A stretch of DNA of 64,000 nt, from NCBI GenBank assembly GCA_964628445.1, contig CAZVOP010000006.1, forward strand, positions 6,723-70,722. The letters run 5' to 3'. This DNA comes from an uncultured Pseudobdellovibrionaceae bacterium (GTDB taxonomy: Bacteria > Bdellovibrionota > Bdellovibrionia > Bdellovibrionales > UBA1609). How positions within the stretch are numbered: the stretch's first letter is position 1; each line of letters opens with the position of its first letter. Shown here in pieces: positions 1-7,925 of the stretch. Both the position numbers and the translations under genes were made by a program. The notes beneath the pieces are model-generated. The model was not told the DNA's origin, did no database searches, and was given only the letters and a program-made list of their open reading frames with translations.

Positions 1-1
1 T

Positions 2-244
2 CCGTCATCGATCGTGGTCGCTTACCGCCGGGAAGCCATCTCGCAGCCATGAAATGCCAAAAGGTCGGCCAAGGAAAAAAAGAGATTCTATCAGACCGCC
101 TATGGCTCCCTACAAGAATGCAAAACTATTCTGAGGTTAGCAAAATGCACAGATAAGAAGTTAATCGACACCGCCGACAAACTCGGCGCGTGGATCTACA
201 ACCTACTCAAATCAAACATCCAAACAAAAAATTTCGAAAATTGA
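2..244 (+). pseudogene. four-helix-bundle (23S rRNA intervening-sequence type) protein, degenerate 3' fragment
   Basis: Frame 2 reads ...AYRREAISQP*NAKRSAKEKKRFYQTAYGSLQECKTILRLAKC...LGAWIYNLLKS, with the stop at 242-244. The RFxxxAxGSxxE core is typical of this family. An in-frame TGA at 50-52 and a shortened segment where NIAEG normally sits suggest decay. The 5' end is off-window. Confidence 0.35.
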
Positions 245-493
245 TCTACTGGAATCCAGGTATGCCCGTTAACCAGTATACCGGGATCCCGGTATATATA
301 ACTGGCGGGCACGAGTAGATGAAGATGACTTTATAACCCAATATCTCGAATTTACCGCGTAAACGAATTGATTCGAGTTGGCGTGAGGGAGAGCGGGAAG
401 CTATCGAACCCGAAAATCAATTAGGCCGCCTAGGACACCTAAGATTGACGGATAAAGTCACGCCGTTTTAGTTTCTGCATCAGGGGGACCGAA

Positions 494-1462
494 ATGGCCC
501 AAAGTAAATGTTGCTTTTGTAAGAGCGAAGCCAAATACGAAAGGGATCGGGTTAACTACGGAATCGATTGTCCCATTTGTGGCATATATGCCATTCAATG
601 GCGCCTCTACGATAATTTAATAGCTAAAGAAAAAGATAGCTCCCTTCTTTGGGCGATTTCAGAAAATATAAAACACAATCCGAAACGTGATCAAAATTAT
701 GACCCAAATCAAAGGCTTCATTGGTATTCAGGAGATACTTCTCCAGAAAGTCCGTTGAGAGTGCGGAGATTTGAAAATCTTCTCTCACTTCCGATCGATC
801 ACTCGCGGAAACCTGACCAAATTCTGCGTTTAATCGGAAAGAAAACAGGAAGTGGACACCCGTTCTCAGAGATCGAGCTAGAGGAAAGCGACTTATTCTC
901 TCTCAAAATCGGCGACGAGCAGGAAGCCAGACGTTGGATTCTAACTTTAAAAGAACAGGCACTGATTATCTATAGCGGTGGTGTGGGCAGCAAAGCCATC
1001 GGTACCTCTATGTCTGTGACCCCGGCAGGCTGGCAAAGGATTGGCCAACTCTCTCAGTCACACATTTCAAATCTTGGTTTCATTGCAATGTTCTTTGGTC
1101 ATCAGGAACGTGACAAACTTCAGGGAGCACTTGAATCGGGCTGTCGTGAGGCTGGTTTTGATGCAACCACAATCGATCGTCACGAATATGTTGGCGGTGT
1201 TGTTGATGAAGTTGTCTCAAAGATCCGACAGTCAGCATTTGTAATCGCCGATCTTACCGGCCATCGCAATGGAGTATATTGGGAATCGGGATATGCTGAG
1301 GCCCTTGATATTCCTGTCATATACACCGTCGATGACCGCGAGGGTGATCAAAGTCACTTTGACGTGCAACATCTGAATCAGATTCGCTGGAAGTCTTACG
1401 AAGAACTAACCGAAAGAGTCAGAAATAGAATTCTTGCAGTCACCCAACGGAGGGAATTGTAG
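494..1462 (+). CDS. Zn-ribbon / winged-helix-like / C-terminal nucleoside 2-deoxyribosyltransferase-like (NDT/TIR-fold) protein
   Basis: 322-aa ORF with AGGGGGA 5 nt upstream of the ATG. The N-terminus has CCFC-x16-CPIC (zinc ribbon). The C-terminal ~110 aa (GFIAMFFG...SAFVIADLTGHRNGVYWESGYAEALDIPVIYTV) fits, from memory, the Rossmann-like strand-ADLT-x4-NVxxExGxA-x4-PVI pattern of NDT-like/TIR-like effector domains. Not verified by search. Confidence 0.55.
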   Translation: MAQSKCCFCKSEAKYERDRVNYGIDCPICGIYAIQWRLYDNLIAKEKDSSLLWAISENIKHNPKRDQNYDPNQRLHWYSGDTSPESPLRVRRFENLLSLPIDHSRKPDQILRLIGKKTGSGHPFSEIELEESDLFSLKIGDEQEARRWILTLKEQALIIYSGGVGSKAIGTSMSVTPAGWQRIGQLSQSHISNLGFIAMFFGHQERDKLQGALESGCREAGFDATTIDRHEYVGGVVDEVVSKIRQSAFVIADLTGHRNGVYWESGYAEALDIPVIYTVDDREGDQSHFDVQHLNQIRWKSYEELTERVRNRILAVTQRREL

Positions 1463-1489
1463 TTCTGCTAGATATCTGAATGAAGCCTG

Positions 1490-1810
1490 CTAGCGTTTAC
1501 CTTTTGATTCCGCGAGTGCCGCCAAACAAATTGCATGAGCCGCGCTCTTTGAGCACTTCAGCATCGGATGCATCTCCAACCATTCGGGAATTGCGTCTGA
1601 CACTCCTGCCATATGGCCTTCGGACCCCGCAACCCATCCATTCTTATAAGGCTGATATGTTATGTCGAATTTCACCGCGACTGACTTTGCCGCTTCAATA
1701 TCCGTGGAGAATCGAGGTATCGGCGCGGACATCGCGAAACTATTTGGATTCGGAAGTTGAAGGCCCATGATTGAGGCAATTGCTTGATCTAGTTCTGCGC
1801 CATGCTGCAT
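1490..1810 (-). CDS. phage ABA-sandwich-domain-like protein
   Basis: 106-aa ORF. AELDQAIASIMG ... FSTDIEAAKSVAVK ... AAHAICLAALAES resembles the conserved blocks of phage ABA-sandwich proteins (ELDxLVAxxVMG / STDIAAAWEV / LAICxAAL). GAGGAG lies upstream of the ATG. Preferred over the overlapping P/S/R-rich + strand ORF 1480-1770. Confidence 0.45.
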   Translation of the reverse strand: MQHGAELDQAIASIMGLQLPNPNSFAMSAPIPRFSTDIEAAKSVAVKFDITYQPYKNGWVAGSEGHMAGVSDAIPEWLEMHPMLKCSKSAAHAICLAALAESKGKR

Positions 1811-2061
1811 CTGCTCTTCTCCTCTTCCACGCCGCTTAGATGGAAACTACCAGGATCTATAACCACAACCTCAAACTGACCATCGAAGTCTTCCTCATGC
1901 ATTCTTCTCCAGTGCCTGGCTCAAGGGCGTTTTTTCAGCCACATTACTGGAACCAGTAGTATCGGTAATAAAATGGCTGAAGGGCGAGTCGAGTTTTGAT
2001 TGGGTCGAAGCATTAAAACAAGTTGTAGGCTCGGCAGCACTAATTTCATTATCCGGTCTAG

Positions 2062-2238
2062 CTGTCCTTATCGGACTCTCCGTCGTATAAACGCAAAGGT
2101 GTGCCGTTGGGGCGGCCAGTGGAGATCGATCGCGCTAAGGTTATTGAGTTAAAGCCGAAAGGAGGAAGTTATCGCGAAATCGCGTTCGAGGTCGGTTGCT
2201 CCAAGGCTGGAGTTCATAAGATTCTTCGATCGGTGTAA
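2062..2238 (+). pseudogene. serine recombinase (resolvase/invertase) C-terminal HTH remnant
   Basis: The frame ends ...GRPVEIDRAKVIELKPKGGSYREIAFEVGCSKAGVHKILRSV*, the classic resolvase C-terminal HTH. The catalytic domain is absent and the frame is closed upstream by TAG at 2059-2061. Confidence 0.45.
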
Positions 2239-2312
2239 CTTTGAGCCAGTCCAAAGTCTGTTATCGCCTGCCTATAAAACGTTCAATTTCGATAACTTAG
2301 GCAGAAGTTGCG

Positions 2313-2443
2313 CGTTACTGTCTCAATTTGAAACGTTACTAGTCGTCAATGCTAGTAACGATTTATCATTAAAACGTTACTAGCATCTTGCCTAGGTAAC
2401 ACTTGCCGGGGTAAAGTATTACTCATCAAAAGCACAAGTAACG
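2313..2443. promoter_or_regulatory. array of CGTTACT / AGTAACG heptamers upstream of the Fic gene (candidate operator sites)
   Basis: CGTTACT occurs at 2313, 2334 and 2375, and its complement AGTAACG at 2354 and 2437. The 10-mer ACGTTACTAG is identical at 2333-2342 and 2374-2383 and is inverted (CTAGTAACG) at 2352-2360. The last copy abuts the GGAG Shine-Dalgarno (2443-2446) of the ATG at 2453. Confidence 0.4.
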
Positions 2444-2452
2444 GAGCTTTAA

Positions 2453-3598
2453 ATGAGTCGATCAGGAACGTATGTGGATCAACTAACGGGATACAAAGCT
2501 TTTATCCCATCGAACCTGCCGCCACAACCGCCACTCAAACAAGACGACGAACTTACGTACCTTCTCTCGGCAGCAAACCTGGCGTTGGGCAAACTCTCCG
2601 GATTAGCTTCGATCATTTCAGATCCGGACTTATTCGTATATCTGTACGTTCGCAAGGAAGCGCTTTTAAGCTCGCAAATCGAAGGCACCCAGTGTTCGCT
2701 TGAAGATGTTTTGAGCCCCGATGCGGATGCGGAATCGCCAGTTCAAGACATTGAAGAAGTGTCCAATTATGTCAAAGCAATGAATCAAGGTATCGGAAGA
2801 CTGGCGGATTTGCCTGTATGCACCCGCTTAATTAAGGAAATGCATTCGATCTTGATGGCAGGTGTTAGGGGCTCACACAAAACTCCGGGTGAATTTCGAG
2901 AATCGCAGAACTGGATTGGTCGGCCCGGCGCCACACCCTCAACAGCAGAATTTGTTCCGCCACCTCATCACATTGTCGGCAATCTCATGACCGACCTCGA
3001 AAAATTCATTCATACGGAAGATCAAATTGCTCCTTTAATTAAAGCGGCATTCGTACACGCACAATTTGAAACCATTCACCCATTCTTAGACGGCAATGGC
3101 CGACTTGGACGATTGTTGATTACCTATTTGCTCTGCTATTGGAACGTACTCGACCGACCGCTGCTCTACTTAAGCTACTACTTTAAGGCTCACCGTTCTG
3201 AGTACTATGCTCGGCTGATGGACGTGCGTTTGAAGGGTGACTGGGAAAATTGGATAAAATTTTTTCTACGCGCGGTCGCAAGCTCTGCAGACATGGCAAA
3301 TAATGCAGCCGTTGAAATTCATAAGCTTCACAGCGAAGATCGCCGGCGACTCCAAAATAGCAAGCCGACCGCGTATACACTTCAGGCCTTCAACGAATTT
3401 TGTCATTCGCCAATTCTGACAGTTCCACAATTGATCGAGCGGCATAAGTCGACCAAACCTAAAGTACAACGAGCAATTGACCATCTGATTAAGCTAAATA
3501 TTTTAAAGGAAGTGAGCGGGAAGCAAAGAAACCGCCGTTACGCTTATCTTCAATACCTCACCATACTCGTGCGCGACACCACAGAAAAGGCTGGCTGA
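2453..3598 (+). CDS. Fic family protein (AMPylase-type), N-terminal inhibitory helix, C-terminal winged helix
   Basis: Canonical Fic motif HPFLDGNGRLGRLL. The upstream SSQIEG matches the (S/T)xxxE(G/N) auto-inhibition motif. The length (381 aa) and C-terminal DHLIKLNILKEVSGKQRNRRY (wHTH-like) are typical of this class. Confidence 0.9.
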   Translation: MSRSGTYVDQLTGYKAFIPSNLPPQPPLKQDDELTYLLSAANLALGKLSGLASIISDPDLFVYLYVRKEALLSSQIEGTQCSLEDVLSPDADAESPVQDIEEVSNYVKAMNQGIGRLADLPVCTRLIKEMHSILMAGVRGSHKTPGEFRESQNWIGRPGATPSTAEFVPPPHHIVGNLMTDLEKFIHTEDQIAPLIKAAFVHAQFETIHPFLDGNGRLGRLLITYLLCYWNVLDRPLLYLSYYFKAHRSEYYARLMDVRLKGDWENWIKFFLRAVASSADMANNAAVEIHKLHSEDRRRLQNSKPTAYTLQAFNEFCHSPILTVPQLIERHKSTKPKVQRAIDHLIKLNILKEVSGKQRNRRYAYLQYLTILVRDTTEKAG

Positions 3599-3734
3599 TA
3601 ATTACGGCGTACGCGCTTTGAGTATCCGATCACTAATCTAAAGTTAAGTGAACGCCAGAATCTGCCTCTCACGGATAGCCGATTTCAGGCCCTTAGCGCC
3701 TTCCATTTCCAGAGGGTTTAGTAACCGAATGGCA

Positions 3735-4655
3735 TTAGGCGCCCGACTGGCTTTGGGCTCTCATCGATTCGAGCTCCACTCGGCCCTTGTCACCAAATGC
3801 CTTTGGATGGGTGTGAGCGTTGTCTATAAAATAACTTTTTAACAACGGTTCAAGTCCGGAAGCCGTACAGATCTCTAAATGTGAGAACTTAAAGAACTCT
3901 TGGTCACCGCGGAACCCCGATTTAGTCACGCGATCTATAAAATAAGACGTGTGACTTACTCTACGTGCTGCGCCCAACTGCTGCCCTTGATCATCATAGT
4001 CCACTACCCAAAGGTTATTGTCAGAAACAATAAGTACCGGGAGGATCGCAATGTACGAATTCTGTTCATCTCGCTTTTGATCTGCCGCTTGTTCAACCAT
4101 TTCGAAAGCCGAGGAAATGGCTTGTGACATTTTTCCGAAAACCTCAGCGTCTGACCCCACCGATCTCCCATTTTTATTTTCGACTTGATCCATTGATTTT
4201 CCAACAAAGTCGGCCGTCGTATATAAACCATCACCGTCTAACATTCGGAATACCCAACCATCGGCCCTCAAATGCCGTGCTCGATCCTCCGCGGTCTGTA
4301 GTGCGACCTGCACTGTGGTTGTCTTACGAGGCAAGTGAGGAACATAGACAAGATCTTGATACGCTTCCGAGTGCCACCGCTTAAGTCGATGAATTACTAA
4401 CGGCGACAAGGCGCTAATATTTTTGCACTCTACCGCTAAATATCCGCGTTTATTACCATGGAACCACTTTGCCCTAAGATCATATTCACGAGTCTTTTTT
4501 GTTACCTCGTCAACGTAAGTCCCACCCTGCTCAACGTGAAAACCCAAACCTGTTAGGCGTTTTTTAATTTGCACCTCGAAGGAGAAATCCGAATCTGTGG
4601 CCAGGTATGAGGCTATGTCCGCTTCGGTGACTTCGGTTGGAGGGTTCTTAGTCAT
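3735..4655 (-). CDS. PD-(D/E)xK nuclease-fold protein, otherwise uncharacterised
   Basis: 306-aa ORF. TREYDLRAKW ... GYLAVECKN gives the D-x(n)-E-x-K arrangement of restriction-endonuclease-like folds. The remaining ~200 aa contain no motif I recognise. Confidence 0.5.
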   Translation of the reverse strand: MTKNPPTEVTEADIASYLATDSDFSFEVQIKKRLTGLGFHVEQGGTYVDEVTKKTREYDLRAKWFHGNKRGYLAVECKNISALSPLVIHRLKRWHSEAYQDLVYVPHLPRKTTTVQVALQTAEDRARHLRADGWVFRMLDGDGLYTTADFVGKSMDQVENKNGRSVGSDAEVFGKMSQAISSAFEMVEQAADQKRDEQNSYIAILPVLIVSDNNLWVVDYDDQGQQLGAARRVSHTSYFIDRVTKSGFRGDQEFFKFSHLEICTASGLEPLLKSYFIDNAHTHPKAFGDKGRVELESMRAQSQSGA

Positions 4656-4757
4656 TCATTAAACCATCTTCTGATGACACTCCGCCTACTGCTGGAGATT
4701 CTTTATTGTGGGTTGGGATTCATAATCACAACTTTCCCCAATGATTCCGAACAGTGA

Positions 4758-4775
4758 TGGCGGAGAGGGGGGGAT
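4758..4775. repeat. attL: 18-bp direct repeat of the tRNA-Ser 3' end
   Basis: TGGCGGAGAGGGGGGGAT is identical to 17897-17914. It is intergenic. Confidence 0.75.
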
Positions 4776-4939
4776 GGTCGATCACCCCTTCTAAGCAGTT
4801 GTTAGTATTCACGTTACAGTAATTTCAATAACTTGCCATGTTTCAAGTTCGGCCACTGTCGGTTCCTGACGGTCAATTCGGGTCGACTCGTTCCAAAACT
4901 GGCATAATCATCATTAAGAAGTGCTTTAAAGGATGTACG

Positions 4940-5284
4940 ATGAACAAGTTGATTGAAGAATTGAGCAATCCCCCTTTTCTTGACCTAAATATTCTTCCAA
5001 TAATTATCGTGTTTTTGGGCGCCATACTTGGTCCCTTTTATCCGGGCGTCTACGCATCGACCATTTACGCCTCAGCAATCGTTGGTGCCGTCGTTTTATG
5101 GGAAAAAAAGCAAAAATCTGATGCATACACAAAGCTGTCGAGACTCCACGCAAAAATAGAACTTGGAGAGAAAATTGATATTGAGAAATATCTGAGCAGT
5201 GTCATTGGAGATCGGGATTTTCGATTAATTGGCAAAGAAAACTATGCGGCAATTGTAAGCTATATTTCTTCGAGGCAGAAGTAG
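4940..5284 (+). CDS. small two-TM membrane protein
   Basis: The ORF track gives 4838-5284. The internal ATG at 4940 has AAAGGA 8 nt upstream. Predicted TM segments are ILPIIIVFLGAILGPF and IYASAIVGAVVLW, followed by a charged tail. No family recognised. Confidence 0.5.
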   Translation: MNKLIEELSNPPFLDLNILPIIIVFLGAILGPFYPGVYASTIYASAIVGAVVLWEKKQKSDAYTKLSRLHAKIELGEKIDIEKYLSSVIGDRDFRLIGKENYAAIVSYISSRQK

Positions 5285-5393
5285 AGACGATGTGGACAAA
5301 CCAATTGAGAAGGAAACCATTGATCGTTATCCCCAAGAAAGCTCTTACTAGTGGTCCCAATTCAGTCCCGCCAAGGGATATCGGTGGTGTGCG

Positions 5394-6131
5394 ATGGCGA
5401 CAGGTTACTTTGAGCTAGAAAAATACAGAGCTATGCGAAGGCAAGAGCTGACAGACATGCTCAAGCCGTTTGTTCAAGCAACCGACGCATATGGAGTACT
5501 CATCTGTCGGGTGACCTCAATGCTTGGAGAACATGAGCCATGGTCCACGCAGGATAGAGTCATTCGCGATCTGATGGCTGACGCATTTGATTTCCTCTAC
5601 CAGGCACGAGATCACGTATTGTCTGGATATCTGAACACTGCTTATCCGCTCGCAAGGAGAGCTTACGAAACGATATCTCTAATTGGTGTCAGCATTCAGG
5701 ATGCCTTGGTTGCTGAGAAATGGAATAATTTCGCCAAAGTTGGAAATGCCGAGGTGAGGCGACGCTTAGAAAAGCTGCCATATCGAGAAGACGCTAAGAT
5801 TTTGGCCGAACTTTATGATTTTTATTGTCTGGGCACTCATCCCAATCGGGATTTGATTCCCAATAGACGATTAGGAGAAGGTAATAAATTTGTCCTCGGT
5901 GCTATCGGAATGCCGAATCTAGTACTCACTGTTGATTACTGTATGAAGCTTACCGATTTATGGTTTTGGTTTGGCGCCAATATTTCGATGTTTTACAAAG
6001 CTCAAGCCCAAGAAATGTACCCCGATCATATTGAGAGTTATCGAAAGGTTGCGAAGGATCTCGAAGACTGTAAGGTTTGGTTATCTAAGCAATATAAGAA
6101 CGCCTTAAGAGAGCAAGAGGGGCGCGACTAA
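5394..6131 (+). CDS. hypothetical all-alpha protein
   Basis: 245-aa ORF with a GGTGGTG purine-rich stretch upstream. No catalytic motif recognised. There is only a vague, unverified resemblance to helical Abi-type (DUF5677/AbiV-like) proteins. Confidence 0.5.
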   Translation: MATGYFELEKYRAMRRQELTDMLKPFVQATDAYGVLICRVTSMLGEHEPWSTQDRVIRDLMADAFDFLYQARDHVLSGYLNTAYPLARRAYETISLIGVSIQDALVAEKWNNFAKVGNAEVRRRLEKLPYREDAKILAELYDFYCLGTHPNRDLIPNRRLGEGNKFVLGAIGMPNLVLTVDYCMKLTDLWFWFGANISMFYKAQAQEMYPDHIESYRKVAKDLEDCKVWLSKQYKNALREQEGRD

Positions 6132-6357
6132 AATAATCTACCGTGCCTAGTGTAATATCCAATCCTAGTTCGAATTATTTTATTTAGTGGTACTAAATAA
6201 ATTCTAACGGTAGCAGGGGCCGCCACCCGTAGATCTTCACAAGGGCCGCCGTCAGACATAGCTAGGATTAACACCTAGTTCAAAAACGATAGATGCATTC
6301 CACGATCGACGAGTTGATTTCTGACGGGAGGTCAGCGACTACTCGTAATTTATTATC

Positions 6358-6870
6358 TCAAGCAAAGCCGATCGCCCCGAGGCGAATAGACATTGCCACG
6401 GAGGATACTTCAAACGACATTGCAAGCTGCTGAATTTCGAATTCTTCTAATTGATCCAACACTCCCATTTTGTCTAATTCAAGCTGTATCAATTTTTCCG
6501 GCATAAGAAGTTCTCCTGCAAAAAAATTTGCTTCGATTTCCTTCTTGTATTGAGTCGTTGCGGAATTTTTATCTCGAAAATGAACGATCGGCGTCACATC
6601 AACATTCAATCGTTTTTCTGGATGGAGCATTATATGTCCAAGTTCATGCGCTAACGTAAAGCGCTTGCGACTCTCGGAAAGACGCTTATCTATTAAAATA
6701 GCCTTGGAAGAACCTTTTATGACAGCGGCTCCTGAAATTGCCGCAAGATCTATTTCTACAATCTCAACATTCATTCGCTCTACAATGTCGACAATATTAA
6801 CTGGCACAGTTACTTCATCATCTAACAGTGCGCTTACAATATTTTTTATGTGCTTATACCGTACTGACAT
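6358..6870 (-). CDS. ImmA/IrrE family metallopeptidase
   Basis: RFTLAHELGHIMLH (HExxH) followed by EIEANFFAGELLMP is the signature of ImmA/IrrE (M78-type) peptidases. It overlaps the upstream XRE gene by 17 nt. Confidence 0.85.
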   Translation of the reverse strand: MSVRYKHIKNIVSALLDDEVTVPVNIVDIVERMNVEIVEIDLAAISGAAVIKGSSKAILIDKRLSESRKRFTLAHELGHIMLHPEKRLNVDVTPIVHFRDKNSATTQYKKEIEANFFAGELLMPEKLIQLELDKMGVLDQLEEFEIQQLAMSFEVSSVAMSIRLGAIGFA

Positions 6871-7198
6871 TAAATATTTCCAGCCGCCTTAAATCTTGCT
6901 GAATGTCATGGCCGTGCTCATCTAGTTCGCATTCGAGCATAACCTGATCATATAGATTCTGTATCTTTGCTATTGGAAGCTTAAGACGAAAACAAAACTC
7001 TAGAGCGTGCCTTAGCGTGACACTTTGATGCCCCCCTTCGATATTTGCGATCGAAACTCTGCTTAGGCTGACCATTTGAGCCAACTCTTGCTGACTCAAG
7101 CCATGGGCTTCCCGCAGCTTTCTTATTAAACTTCCAAAGGCTCTATTAAAGTCCTGCATGATTGATCCTGTATAATTGCTTTCCGAGATATCGGTCAA
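6854..7198 (-). CDS. XRE-family HTH repressor (ImmR-like)
   Basis: LIRKLREAHGLSQQELAQMVSLSRVSIANIEGG is a typical HTH_3 motif. It sits directly upstream of, and overlaps, the ImmA-like gene. Confidence 0.85.
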   Translation of the reverse strand: MTDISESNYTGSIMQDFNRAFGSLIRKLREAHGLSQQELAQMVSLSRVSIANIEGGHQSVTLRHALEFCFRLKLPIAKIQNLYDQVMLECELDEHGHDIQQDLRRLEIFNVSTV

Positions 7199-7326
7199 TA
7201 TGCTTGCATACTAGTAAGTAAAGTTTGCTTGCCATATGTCGTGGTCTTGCCTCAGTTCCACTTTAGAATACTTATAATATCCCTATAATTACAAGTATTT
7301 ATATTTAATGCTCATTTTGATATTTA

Positions 7327-7374
7327 CATTTTGCAAAATGCAAACCGCATTTTGCATTTTGCAAAATGCAAAAT
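7327..7374. promoter_or_regulatory. palindromic operator array (ATTTTGC/GCAAAAT heptamers)
   Basis: Perfect 14-bp palindrome CATTTTGCAAAATG (7327-7340) and perfect 26-bp palindrome ATTTTGCATTTTGCAAAATGCAAAAT (7349-7374), giving six full heptamer copies in 48 nt. The array lies between divergent regulator genes. Two TATAAT hexamers sit at 7273-7278 and 7284-7289 just upstream. Confidence 0.6.
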
Positions 7375-7393
7375 TAATGCTACTCTTCCTGAC

Positions 7394-7924
7394 ATGAGAG
7401 AGCAAAAAAGTTTGAAGCCTCAGGATATACTAGTTTTACTCTGGCTACTGCTGCGCCCACAAAAGGAAGAGTCGCTTCGCCATCTAGATATCGCTTATTC
7501 CCTTAAAATTAGCCCTTCGGAGGCGGGTCTTGCTATCAATCGACTTATGAAGTCGCGCTTAATTACGCAAGAAAAGATACCGATCAAAGCGGCAGCCTTG
7601 GAGTTCTTAATTCACGGATTAAAATATGTTTTCCCAGTAGAGCCAGGACCAGTAACTAGGGGGGTACCGACAGCTCACTCTGCTCGCCCCTTATCAAACA
7701 AACTGATTGCGACCAACGACTCCGAAAGCTATGTGTGGCCCGACCCTCAGGGAAAGGCTCGAGGACAAGCCATTATGCCTCTTTATAAGACTGTTCCATA
7801 TGCTGCTAAAAATGATGAAAAACTTCATGAATTTTTAGCATTAATCGATGCCATGAGAGTAGGAAGAGCAAGAGAAGTAAATTTCGCAGTAGAAGAACTG
7901 AAGCGAAGAATAAAAGAGGCTTAA
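7394..7924 (+). CDS. winged-helix DNA-binding protein, AbiEi-like antitoxin candidate
   Basis: N-terminal QDILVLLWLL...LDIAYSLKISPSEAGLAINRLMKSRLI looks like a MarR-type wHTH. The conserved LEFLIHGLKYVFP ... LALIDAMRVG blocks recur in partners of nucleotidyltransferases. The start is uncertain: ATG 7394 has no clear SD, and the alternatives are TTG 7331 or TTG 7412. Confidence 0.5.
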   Translation: MREQKSLKPQDILVLLWLLLRPQKEESLRHLDIAYSLKISPSEAGLAINRLMKSRLITQEKIPIKAAALEFLIHGLKYVFPVEPGPVTRGVPTAHSARPLSNKLIATNDSESYVWPDPQGKARGQAIMPLYKTVPYAAKNDEKLHEFLALIDAMRVGRAREVNFAVEELKRRIKEA

Positions 7925-7925
7925 T

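Noticed and set aside
1480-1770. 96-aa + strand ORF
   Set aside because: It is P/S/R-rich with no motif. The opposite-strand ORF 1490-1810 shows ABA-sandwich-like conserved blocks.
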